NCBI GenBank assembly: GCA_964472415.1
Contig: CAYYLC010000003.1
Span: 2,219-66,218, forward strand
DNA from: an uncultured Gammaproteobacteria bacterium
GTDB lineage: Bacteria > Patescibacteriota > Microgenomatia > Levybacterales > GWA1-39-11
Length of the DNA stretch: 64,000 nucleotides
Reading direction: 5' to 3'
Below are positions 37,229 through 46,299 of this stretch, piece after piece. Below the pieces are notes generated by a model that did not search any database, was not told the DNA's origin, and saw only the letters and a list, made by a program, of their open reading frames with translations. A program made the translations under genes and the position numbers. The first letter of the stretch is position 1, and every line of letters starts with the position of its first letter.

Positions 37229-38275
37229 ATGAAGAAGTTAATTCTTATAATAATTATCGCGTTGGTAGCCATTGCTGCTTTTGTATATCGGTGGCAGATG
37301 GATAATTTGACTACCGGTGTTCAGGAGTTTGCAGATAAGAATATTTCAGAAAGGATTGCTGATTTTCATCCGTTATCTATAGAATCGCTTAGGCGAGGAG
37401 AATATTTAGGGAGTGATATAGAAATAGAACAGGTTTTGCCTTCTGGTAGTAATTACTCCCGTTACATCACATCCTACAGTTCTGAGGGCCTCAAGATATA
37501 TGCTCTTTTGACGGTTCCCAACGGAAACGCGCCAGAAGGAGGTTTTCCTGTCGTTGTCTTTAATCACGGATATATCCCTCCTGCAGAATACGAAACTACT
37601 GAAAGATATATTGCGTATACAGATGGTTTTTCTAGAAATGGTTATGTGGTTTTCAGGTCAGACTATAGAGGTCATGGTAATTCTGAGGGTAGGGCAGAGG
37701 GCGGTTATGGAAGCAATGCGTATACGATAGATATACTCAATGCAGTAGCGAGTGTTAAAAAACTTGAATATATAAATCCAGAAAAAATTGGAATGTGGGG
37801 ACACAGTATGGGAGGTCATATAACGCTGCGTAACATGGTGGTAAATAAAGACGTCAAGGCCGGGGTTATATGGGCAGGAGTAGTCGTTTCCTATCCTGAC
37901 CTTCTGGAAAGATGGAGAAGGGGGAGTGTCAATTCGACTGGTACGCCGTCGCCATTTCCGACCAGATCGAATAGAGGAGGATGGAGAAATGGATTTATAG
38001 AGATATTTGGGAGTCCCGCAGATAATCCTACATTTTGGAGTTCCATTTCTTCAAATTCCTATCTAGGTGACATTTCGGGTCCTGTGCAGCTTCATCACGG
38101 AACGGCTGACTCATCTGTACCATTTGAATTCTCTGAAAAACTTTCTGAGCAGCTGGAGGCGGAGGGTAAAGAGGTTGAGCTATATATATACGAAGGCGAT
38201 GACCATAATTTGTCCGGGAATTTTTCGATTGCGATGCAGCGCTCTATAGAGTTTTTTGATAGATACCTCAAATAA
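37229..38275 (+). CDS. signal-anchored alpha/beta hydrolase (S9/dienelactone-hydrolase-like)
   Basis: Nucleophile elbow GHSMGGH and a catalytic His near the C-terminus (DDHN). Paralog of 42349..43464. Confidence 0.7.
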   Translation: MKKLILIIIIALVAIAAFVYRWQMDNLTTGVQEFADKNISERIADFHPLSIESLRRGEYLGSDIEIEQVLPSGSNYSRYITSYSSEGLKIYALLTVPNGNAPEGGFPVVVFNHGYIPPAEYETTERYIAYTDGFSRNGYVVFRSDYRGHGNSEGRAEGGYGSNAYTIDILNAVASVKKLEYINPEKIGMWGHSMGGHITLRNMVVNKDVKAGVIWAGVVVSYPDLLERWRRGSVNSTGTPSPFPTRSNRGGWRNGFIEIFGSPADNPTFWSSISSNSYLGDISGPVQLHHGTADSSVPFEFSEKLSEQLEAEGKEVELYIYEGDDHNLSGNFSIAMQRSIEFFDRYLK

Positions 38276-38336
38276 TAATTTCCTATAAGGTAGATATTTA
38301 TTTTTTCCATAATGAGCTAATTGTTCAATATTAAGC

Positions 38337-38365
38337 TTGCAAAGGGTCATAATATGTGATATATT
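38337..38365 (+). promoter_or_regulatory. candidate sigma70-type promoter upstream of SipW/TasA-like operon
   Basis: TTGCAA, then 17 nt, then TATATT. It lies about 150 nt upstream of the first gene, so it would imply a long 5' UTR. Confidence 0.3.
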
Positions 38366-38515
38366 ACAGGCCAATTCTGCCAACTGCCCATATTAGTTGG
38401 TTTTTAAAACCTTCTATTTAATAACTGCCCACGTTATTAAATGAAAAACTTAATCCGAAATTTAAATTTTAAGTCAGCAGCGTAAAGCGAGCTGGCTTTT
38501 TTTGTTTGAAAGGAG

Positions 38516-39061
38516 GTGAAGATAATGAAAAAAATATTAATTAGCGTATTTACGATTCTTGCAGTATCTGCTGCAACTTTCGGTGCAACTCAGGCTTTAT
38601 TTTCAGACGAAGAGACTAGTATTGGAAATACTTTTTCTGCAGGTACTCTTGATTTAACAATTGATGGTGTTAATGACAATGTTGTTAAATTTAATGCTTC
38701 AAATATGAGGCCTGGAAGTCAGCCACATGGTGCATACACTCTTAAAAACGAGGGTAGTATAAACGGGAAACTTAATCTAAGCGATATCAAAGTTTACGGT
38801 GGAACTTTAGGTGAGGTTGTTAACGTAGCTTTGTTTGTAGATAGAGATGGAAATGGATGGTGGAGCACAGGAGATGTTTCTATTTATAGTGGAAAGGTTT
38901 CTGATATTCCGTCAAGCATCACTTTCAACGAGCAGTTGAATGCAGGTGCATCAACAAAAATAGTTACAATATTCAATTGGTGGTCAACACCAAATGATAA
39001 CGATTATCAGGGTGAATCAATGATGGTTGATTTTACCTTCGAATTGTTGCAAAACTTATGA
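38516..39061 (+). CDS. TasA/camelysin-like secreted protein with SipW-cognate signal peptide
   Basis: GATQALFSDEETSIGNTFSAGTLDL matches the SipW-cognate motif (TasA/CalY: ..AxFSDxExS.GNTF.AGTLDL). RBS AGGAGGTGAAG. Confidence 0.65.
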   Translation: MKIMKKILISVFTILAVSAATFGATQALFSDEETSIGNTFSAGTLDLTIDGVNDNVVKFNASNMRPGSQPHGAYTLKNEGSINGKLNLSDIKVYGGTLGEVVNVALFVDRDGNGWWSTGDVSIYSGKVSDIPSSITFNEQLNAGASTKIVTIFNWWSTPNDNDYQGESMMVDFTFELLQNL

Positions 39062-39606
39062 AAAAAATAGGATTTATAAAAAACACAATTTATTCGATAG
39101 GGCTATCGCTTCTGATTGTCATTGCGGTGGTTCTTTTTGCGGGAAAATTCGGGATAGGTGGAGTTAGGGCATTGGTTGTCCAGTCGGGTTCTATGGAGCC
39201 TACGATCCACACAAAGAGTGTCGTGATAACCGTGCCTAGTAGTTTTTACGGTGAAAATGACGTAATTACATTCAAGCAATCCGGCCGTGAGAATGTGTTG
39301 GTTACCCACAGAATCGAAAGCACCATCACAACTCCAAATGGAAATGAATTCGTCACGAAAGGTGACGCGAATGAAGAAGCAGATGGCGAAACAATTCCTG
39401 CAGGGGACGTTATAGGAAAAGTTGTCTTTACGATTCCATTTATAGGTGCCCTAATATCATTTGCTCAGACACAGATAGGATTTCTGATACTGGTCATCAT
39501 CCCTGCTGTTGCGATCGTCTATAGCGAAATATTGAATATTAAAAATCAGATAGTGAGGTTTTATGGAGATAGAAAGGGTAGGCGTCTAGTGAGGCCATTA
39601 GAATAA
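39058..39606 (+). CDS. sipW: signal peptidase I, SipW (archaeal/ER-type S26B) family
   Basis: Catalytic Ser box VVQSGSMEPT. N-terminal and C-terminal TM helices. Length 182 aa. Overlaps the upstream stop (ATGA). Confidence 0.8.
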   Translation: MKKIGFIKNTIYSIGLSLLIVIAVVLFAGKFGIGGVRALVVQSGSMEPTIHTKSVVITVPSSFYGENDVITFKQSGRENVLVTHRIESTITTPNGNEFVTKGDANEEADGETIPAGDVIGKVVFTIPFIGALISFAQTQIGFLILVIIPAVAIVYSEILNIKNQIVRFYGDRKGRRLVRPLE

Positions 39607-39608
39607 TT

Positions 39609-40469
39609 ATGAAAGAAAGAATTTTAAAACTGATACTGCTTTTGATTTTACCCTTGGTTCCATTTACGGGTATATCTAACGCGCTGCTATATGACACGGA
39701 AAGTTCTATGAACAATAGTTTTTCTGCAGCAAGTCTAGACATCACTCTCTTGGATGATGGCGGTGATGAGATTGATGGTCTGCTTTTTGACAAAAACAAA
39801 TTAAAAAGTAATGAAGAGCTAATCCAGAAAATCAAAGTCTCAAATTCCGGCACACTGGATTTTTATTACCATCCAGAATTTGAACTAAAAAATGGAAATC
39901 TAGATGTTTGTGAAGAGCTATCATTGAAAGCCTCGAAAGAAGGTAGCGAGGTCTATGAAGGTTCGCTGAAAGACTTTAATCTCGCAACTATGTCAGCGCA
40001 GATCACAAATAGCATTGACGAGTGGGAGTTTGCGCTTACCCATGAGAATAGTGGTGAGAGTCTACAAGGAGAAATTTGCGAATTCAATATCGCATTTCTG
40101 GCATACCAAAACATCGATAATACTGGATTTTCCGATACAGACAAAGTAGGAAGTAAAGTAGGAATTGCATATGAGCCAGTACTAACAGCATATCACAACT
40201 CTTCATCCCACAAATTCATCTTTACGCTATCTGGCCTTACGAATTTTACGGGGTTTGATTATAGCCTGATCTACGATACAGACACGATAACAGGCTTTGC
40301 AAGCGGGTCCGCATCATTAAGTGGCGAGACCAGCAAGGTAACTGAGATAGATTTGGGAACGGAGTCATATGGTGTACTTACTCCACAAATAAATCCGCAT
40401 AATTTCAACCTAAATATCAATCTTGTTGATATAGATGGTGATGCACTTACGCTTTCCGAGCAATTGTAG
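39609..40469 (+). CDS. second SipW-cognate secreted protein
   Basis: Signal peptide followed by ALLYDTESSMNNSFSAASLDI, the same cognate motif. Confidence 0.55.
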   Translation: MKERILKLILLLILPLVPFTGISNALLYDTESSMNNSFSAASLDITLLDDGGDEIDGLLFDKNKLKSNEELIQKIKVSNSGTLDFYYHPEFELKNGNLDVCEELSLKASKEGSEVYEGSLKDFNLATMSAQITNSIDEWEFALTHENSGESLQGEICEFNIAFLAYQNIDNTGFSDTDKVGSKVGIAYEPVLTAYHNSSSHKFIFTLSGLTNFTGFDYSLIYDTDTITGFASGSASLSGETSKVTEIDLGTESYGVLTPQINPHNFNLNINLVDIDGDALTLSEQL

Positions 40470-40474
40470 CTACA

Positions 40475-41407
40475 ATGAAAAATTTCCTAGTTTCGATCAT
40501 CTGCCTCATCATTTTTTTGGGTTTTGGCAGCTTTTCATATGCATATGATCTAGATGTCCAGTGTGATGACACTAGGTGTAATCTTTCATCTCGCGATCCG
40601 ATCTTTAAAGGTGATGACATGTGGACTCCTGGAAAATCTGTAGAAAAAAGTGTCGGTATCAAAAATACTGGAGAAAGCGAAAAGGAAATCTATCTCAGGA
40701 TAAAGACCAACGAATCTACAGGAGAGCTTGATGAGCATATGTTAATTAGTCTCATGCAGCAAGGAGCGGGAAGTCCTATCTGGACAGGGACATTGAAAGA
40801 GCTGATTGAAGACGAAACAGTGCTGATCGAGGATTTTTCCAAGGACGAACAAATCGAACTTATAATTTCTGCGCAAATGGATAGCGCAGCATCAAATGAG
40901 CTCCAGGGTGGATCTTCAGTATTTGATTTCGGATTCGGATTTGAGGGGGATTTGTCTGATGATAACGGGAGCGAGGAAGATTCAGATGAAAACGATTCTA
41001 ATTCAAATTCTAACGAAGATGATAGTGTGCAGGGTTCCATAGGGCAAATCCTTGATGGCGTTAATACTTTTATATTTGGCTCTCAACCACAAGCCTTAGA
41101 GCAACAGGGAGACGTTGCTGGGGAAAGTTCTGACGAAAAGAGTGACAAATCAGATATTATGGGGATTTCTGATGAATGTTTAGACAATAATATTTGGGTA
41201 GTTTTTCTTGCATTTCAAATTATTGGAGGAGGTTTGTATTTCTTGAAAAAGCTTACTATGAAGATTTCTATATTTGTCAATGGAATCGTTGCGGGAGTAG
41301 TTTCTCTGTATTTCTATTTCAGCTTGTGCTTTCTATGGCCTATACTAATTTCTCTCGGGATTTTCGTCTTTTGGCTCTTCGTAGCAAGAAGGAAATTGGT
41401 ATCGTAG
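40475..41407 (+). CDS. secreted acidic protein with C-terminal membrane anchor (TasA-like beta region)
   Basis: Signal peptide. An IKNTGESEKEIYL beta-sandwich-like segment paralleling the 38516 gene. A D/E/S-rich linker. Two or three C-terminal TM helices. Confidence 0.45.
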   Translation: MKNFLVSIICLIIFLGFGSFSYAYDLDVQCDDTRCNLSSRDPIFKGDDMWTPGKSVEKSVGIKNTGESEKEIYLRIKTNESTGELDEHMLISLMQQGAGSPIWTGTLKELIEDETVLIEDFSKDEQIELIISAQMDSAASNELQGGSSVFDFGFGFEGDLSDDNGSEEDSDENDSNSNSNEDDSVQGSIGQILDGVNTFIFGSQPQALEQQGDVAGESSDEKSDKSDIMGISDECLDNNIWVVFLAFQIIGGGLYFLKKLTMKISIFVNGIVAGVVSLYFYFSLCFLWPILISLGIFVFWLFVARRKLVS

Positions 41408-41514
41408 TTTGTTAGGTATTATTTCCTGGTTCTTCTAGATGGAGATAATAATTGCGACAACGCCTAATAACATGCTTTTAGTATAGTAGAAAATTTATGA
41501 AAAATACAAGCATG

Positions 41515-42273
41515 TTATTTGAATAGATTTTCGCTTCTTAGATATTCTATTATCCCTAGGGCAAGTCCTTCTGCCGAAGTGAGGGGATCACCTACGATGA
41601 GTGTTCTGTCTGATGCATTTGTGAGAAATCCAGTTTCAAGAATTGCAGCAGTTGTCATGGGGTGTATCGCATGCCTAAACCTCCAAAACGAAAATGCATA
41701 GTAGCCGCGCATATTTGTAGTAATTTTAGGATCTCGTGGTAGCAGAGTAGATTCACCGTAATATTTTTCTATATAGTCTGCGAGCTTCTCTGCTTTTCCA
41801 GTGTAATCACGCCAAGGAGCCGCGATTTTATATCCAGATTTAGAAGGATCCTCGGATCCGTCTGCATGTATTGAAATAAACACATCTGCCCAGTATGATT
41901 CAGGAATCGTAGCGGGGAGGATATCTACTATGATGCCATTTTTTTCAAGGATATCTTTTGTGAGTATAGCTATTGTATGGTTCACTTCCCATTCGCTTTT
42001 TCCACCGCCTGAGGCGCCGGTATTGCCCCTGAGTTTTTCAAGTTCATCTGGTACTTCTTCTAATTTCCAATGTCCGACCTGTAGGCCAACTTTTGGAGGT
42101 CCATCAGGCCGTTTCCAGTGTTCAAGGAGCCCAAACTTTCCGAGATGAGATGAATTTTCATTTTCTCCTATGTATGCAGGCGCGGCAAATATTTGCAGAA
42201 ACTTCTCTCGCATCACGAGCGTTATAATAGGAGTTATAAGAAGAAGTATGATAAATAGTATGTTCTTTTGCAT
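41515..42273 (-). CDS. N-acetylmuramoyl-L-alanine amidase (Amidase_3 family), signal-anchored
   Basis: ISIHADG and AAILETGFLTNASDRTLI match Amidase_3 metal-binding and Glu motifs. Confidence 0.7.
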   Translation of the reverse strand: MQKNILFIILLLITPIITLVMREKFLQIFAAPAYIGENENSSHLGKFGLLEHWKRPDGPPKVGLQVGHWKLEEVPDELEKLRGNTGASGGGKSEWEVNHTIAILTKDILEKNGIIVDILPATIPESYWADVFISIHADGSEDPSKSGYKIAAPWRDYTGKAEKLADYIEKYYGESTLLPRDPKITTNMRGYYAFSFWRFRHAIHPMTTAAILETGFLTNASDRTLIVGDPLTSAEGLALGIIEYLRSENLFK

Positions 42274-42348
42274 GGAAAAATCATTATAGCATGGCTGAAT
42301 TTTCAGTTTACAAAACGTTTATAAGTCTTTACAATACAAAAATCTTTT

Positions 42349-43464
42349 ATGGAAGATCAGGAAGACTTGAATCCATCTCATTACCATAGTATGCCACAGG
42401 CGAAACATAGCCTTTCGAAAGTATTCGGAGGAGTTGTTGTAGTCATTTTTATGATTGTTACTTGTGTAGCGGGATATTTTTTAGTGCAAAGAGGTAGTAT
42501 TGCACCATCTCCTATAATAGAGGATAATTCCTCTATTCAGACTCAGCTTGAAAATTCTGAGCCATTTTTATTTCAAGATATGACTATTCCGTATTTACGA
42601 GAGAAGGCGTATGAAGGTGCGCTGACGAGTTTGGAAGAAGTTTCCTCAAATTCTGACTATATGTCATATCGTACTACATATATTTCGGATGGTCTAACGA
42701 TTTATGCACAAATCACGAAACCTGCAAATGCAATGCCAGAAGGTGGATTTCCGGCAATTATATTTGTTCATGGATATATTCCTCCTGCTCGTTATCAGAC
42801 TTTTTCAAATTACGCCTCATATGTAGATGCACTTGCGAGAAGTGGTTTTGTGGTTTTCAAGATAGATCTTCGCGGGCATGGAGAATCTGAAGGAGAGCCG
42901 AGTGGGGCATACTATTCAGGAGATTATGTTGTGGATATTCTCAATGCGCGCGCAGCGCTGAGAGTTACTGAATTTGTAAATCCTGAAAAAATCGGATTGT
43001 GGGGACACAGTATGGCGGGGAATGTCGGACTCAGAAGTTTCGTGGTAGCACGTGATATGCCGGCAATATCTCTTTGGAGTGGTGCAGTATATACATATGA
43101 AGATTTGGGAAAGTATGGCATTAGTGATGCGAGCTATCAACCACCTGATATGAATTCTGAGAGACAAAAGAGGCGTGAGATGCTTAGGGAAATGTATGGA
43201 GAGTTTGATAAAAATAGTGAATTTTGGAGCCAGGTAGTACCTATAAATTATCTCGATGATGTTCGTGGAGCAATTCAGCTGAATCACGCAGTGGATGATG
43301 ATGTTGTAAATAGCGGCTACAGTAGAGATTTGAATATATTACTTGATAATACTGATATTGTGCATGAGTTCAACGAATATTCATCTGGTGGACATAATCT
43401 CAGCGGGAGTACATTTACTCGTGCCATGAATGACACAATAAAGTTTTTTCATGAGCATTTGTAG
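42349..43464 (+). CDS. signal-anchored alpha/beta hydrolase (paralog of 37229..38275)
   Basis: GHSMAGN nucleophile elbow. Roughly half of residues identical to the 37229 paralog over the catalytic domain. Confidence 0.7.
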   Translation: MEDQEDLNPSHYHSMPQAKHSLSKVFGGVVVVIFMIVTCVAGYFLVQRGSIAPSPIIEDNSSIQTQLENSEPFLFQDMTIPYLREKAYEGALTSLEEVSSNSDYMSYRTTYISDGLTIYAQITKPANAMPEGGFPAIIFVHGYIPPARYQTFSNYASYVDALARSGFVVFKIDLRGHGESEGEPSGAYYSGDYVVDILNARAALRVTEFVNPEKIGLWGHSMAGNVGLRSFVVARDMPAISLWSGAVYTYEDLGKYGISDASYQPPDMNSERQKRREMLREMYGEFDKNSEFWSQVVPINYLDDVRGAIQLNHAVDDDVVNSGYSRDLNILLDNTDIVHEFNEYSSGGHNLSGSTFTRAMNDTIKFFHEHL

Positions 43465-44039
43465 TGTATGATAATAGTATGAGAAAAATTCTTTTTATCG
43501 TAATGATAATAGTGGCAGCAGGGATTGTCGGATGGATCGTTTCACCTGAATTGCCTGGGATAGGAGATAATCAGGCAAATCTTTCCGATAGTGACGGGTC
43601 AATTAATTCTTTTGAAGAGTGTATTGCGGCAGGTTTTCCGGTCCAGGAAAGCCATCCACAGCGGTGCATAGTTTCTGACGAAAAGTCATTTACTGAAGAA
43701 ATTTCTGAGGAAGCAGAACGCGATATTATAGTTTCAGCTCCTCTGATTGATGCGAGGGTGACTTCTCCGTTTCAGATTTCCGGAAGTGCTACAGGGAGTT
43801 GGTATTTTGAGGGGAATTTTAGCGCAGAGTTATATGATAACGAAGGAAATGTTATTGCGACGGCAGTCTTAACTGCGCAAGAGGATTGGATGACAGAAGG
43901 GATGGTTCCTTTCCAAGGTGAGATTGAGTTTGAAGAGCAATATATAGGGAGTAGTGGAGATTTGATTTTATTGAGCGCAAATCCTTCAGGAATTTCTGAG
44001 AATCAGCGGGAAATTTCCATCTCAGTCCGTTTTGAATAA
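43464..44039 (+). CDS. Gmad2 (immunoglobulin-like) domain protein, signal-anchored
   Basis: VTSPFQISGSATGSWYFEGNFSAELYDNEGNVIA matches the Gmad2 domain pattern. Confidence 0.5.
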   Translation: MYDNSMRKILFIVMIIVAAGIVGWIVSPELPGIGDNQANLSDSDGSINSFEECIAAGFPVQESHPQRCIVSDEKSFTEEISEEAERDIIVSAPLIDARVTSPFQISGSATGSWYFEGNFSAELYDNEGNVIATAVLTAQEDWMTEGMVPFQGEIEFEEQYIGSSGDLILLSANPSGISENQREISISVRFE

Positions 44040-44329
44040 CTATCTTTTCAATTTCTTACAATAAATTTGTTCGGTTATCATACAAGAGCGATAAGATGGT
44101 TTTTATGATAACGCAAGCGATACGAATACCACTCAACAGATATCAAGCAATCGAAAAAGTAGAAGGAGAAGGGAAGACTGCACTAGATGCAATTTATCAA
44201 ATTGGGTATGTGAAGCCGTTATCACTACAGAGAGTAGCAAAAAGCTTTTGGAGAGTATTAACCGCACGGGTCGAATAAAAAATAGTGAATATTGCAGGTT
44301 ACAATTATAATATTTACGATGATGTTACA

Positions 44330-45001
44330 ATGCAGGGAATGAATCATAAAATCCTTATTGTTGAGGATGACACAAACATTCGGGATTATTTAGTTGAGGC
44401 TTTTGAAGAAGCTAACTATAGTACATCTGGGACTGGTGATGGGATAGAGGCTTTAAAGAAAATCCGCGAGGAAAATATAGATTTAGTAATTCTTGATTTA
44501 GGAATAGAAAATATTTCCGGCGAAACAGTGTGTATAGAAGCGAAAAAAGCTAAACCAAATCTTCCAATAATTATACTTACTGCCAAAAATACGAGCAAGG
44601 ATATCGTATACGGGCTTGATATCGGGGCTGATGACTATATCTCAAAACCCTTTGATACTGATGAGCTCTTAGCTCGGGTTCGGGTTCGGCTGAAACAACA
44701 GGGAAGTGACGTTTTGCAAATTGATGATTTGACGCTCAATACTTCAACATTAGAGGTGATGAGGGAAAGCAAAAAAATCCCGCTTACTGCAAAAGAATTT
44801 AAGCTCCTTGAGTATCTTATGATAAACAGTGGTGTAGTTTTGAGTAGGGAAACGATTCTTGACCATATCTGGCTTTATTCTCCGGATATTGAAACGCGAG
44901 TGGTAGATGTTTATATCGGATATCTCAGAAAAAAAATAGATGACGGGTTTGAAAAGAAGCTGATACAGTCTGTTCGAGGATTTGGATACACCCTTAAGTA
45001 A
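44330..45001 (+). CDS. OmpR-family two-component response regulator
   Basis: Receiver KILIVEDD...DLVILDLG and a winged-helix C-terminus VDVYIGYLRKKID. Start taken at an internal Met of the ORF 44285..45001. Confidence 0.8.
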   Translation: MQGMNHKILIVEDDTNIRDYLVEAFEEANYSTSGTGDGIEALKKIREENIDLVILDLGIENISGETVCIEAKKAKPNLPIIILTAKNTSKDIVYGLDIGADDYISKPFDTDELLARVRVRLKQQGSDVLQIDDLTLNTSTLEVMRESKKIPLTAKEFKLLEYLMINSGVVLSRETILDHIWLYSPDIETRVVDVYIGYLRKKIDDGFEKKLIQSVRGFGYTLK

Positions 45002-46226
45002 GAGTTCCTATATCATAATGATATGCGAACGATATTCTTTTTACGCTTTCTTCAAGGTCCTGTTTTGTTTTCGGTAGATTTAGCCGAACTACTTGATTTG
45101 TAAATTCTTTATTCGTGGAATAGAATCCATGACCAGGGACAGTGTGAAGATTTAATTTCCTGAGATTTTCATAGAGGTTTGAGTCTTTTCCTCGGATGCA
45201 AAATATTGGGACTCTATTATCTGTGGGTAGTATCTCGATGTCGTTTTTTTTCAATTCATCTATAAATTCAGATTTTAATGCTTTAATTTTCGGGCGTACT
45301 ATTTTGAGGTGGGAGTCTATTATCTCAGGGTTTGAAATGATATTTGCAGCTGCTTTTTGGGATGCAGATATATCAAACGGTCTTCTGAAGGTGCGGTAAT
45401 GATCTCCGATGTTCTTATTTGTTGCCATATATCCGATACGTTCTCCGGGAAGACCGAGTGTTTTTGAATAAGAACGGATAACGCTTAGGTTCCCCTTTTC
45501 TTCAATGAGATTTATAGCTGACTCCTCATCGGGCAGAACATCACCAAATGCTTCATCGATAATTACAAAATCTGGATTTTTTCTGTCTGCGCAAAAATCT
45601 ACAAAATCCTCGATTGCATTCAGTGAGGTAGTGTTTCCGAGCGGATTTCCAGGATTACTTATATAGTAGGTTATGTTTTGTTGAGAGGAGTTTTTTTTGC
45701 GGCGTTCTTTTGCTATGGCGAGCCCTTCAGTAATTGATGAACGAGTAGGAGCATCGATGGGTCCATATATGACGCCTTGTGGATCTTTCCCAGCAGCATG
45801 AATTCTATTTGTATAGTTTACGATATCAGGGAAATGAGGAGGAAGGCCAAATATTCTCCGTTTTCGATTACCGTGATGAAGCATGAATGTAAGTCGCTCA
45901 AGGATCTCGTCGCTTCCGCCACCGCTAAAAATTACATCTGCATTTCCTCCTAGACCGAATCGGGTTTTTACGTTTTCAATTGCTTCTTCTGGTTCTGAAA
46001 GTCTGTATTCAGACATGCTTTTTAGTAACACCCCCTCATCTATAGATTTTTTGAATAGGTGCTCGAATTCAGAGGGTGGGCCGAACGGAGATTCGCCATA
46101 TTTTAATGAGATCTCTCTTTGGCTTGAGGTGATAATATTTTCTGCATCATATGCGTATTTTGAACCTTCTTGGCGTTCACCAAAAAATCGGGTTACATTA
46201 AATGCCCCTCGATTTAATTGTTCCAT
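44994..46226 (-). CDS. class I/II PLP-dependent aminotransferase (HisC-like)
   Basis: PLP-lysine motif SYSKTLGLPGERIGYM. N-terminal extension of about 100 aa. Confidence 0.7.
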   Translation of the reverse strand: MEQLNRGAFNVTRFFGERQEGSKYAYDAENIITSSQREISLKYGESPFGPPSEFEHLFKKSIDEGVLLKSMSEYRLSEPEEAIENVKTRFGLGGNADVIFSGGGSDEILERLTFMLHHGNRKRRIFGLPPHFPDIVNYTNRIHAAGKDPQGVIYGPIDAPTRSSITEGLAIAKERRKKNSSQQNITYYISNPGNPLGNTTSLNAIEDFVDFCADRKNPDFVIIDEAFGDVLPDEESAINLIEEKGNLSVIRSYSKTLGLPGERIGYMATNKNIGDHYRTFRRPFDISASQKAAANIISNPEIIDSHLKIVRPKIKALKSEFIDELKKNDIEILPTDNRVPIFCIRGKDSNLYENLRKLNLHTVPGHGFYSTNKEFTNQVVRLNLPKTKQDLEESVKRISFAYHYDIGTLT

Positions 46227-46299
46227 AATGTTTTGCCTTGATTCTAGTCCATTATAGGCTAAATATCAATGAGAAATCGCAATTTGATAGAATAACACT

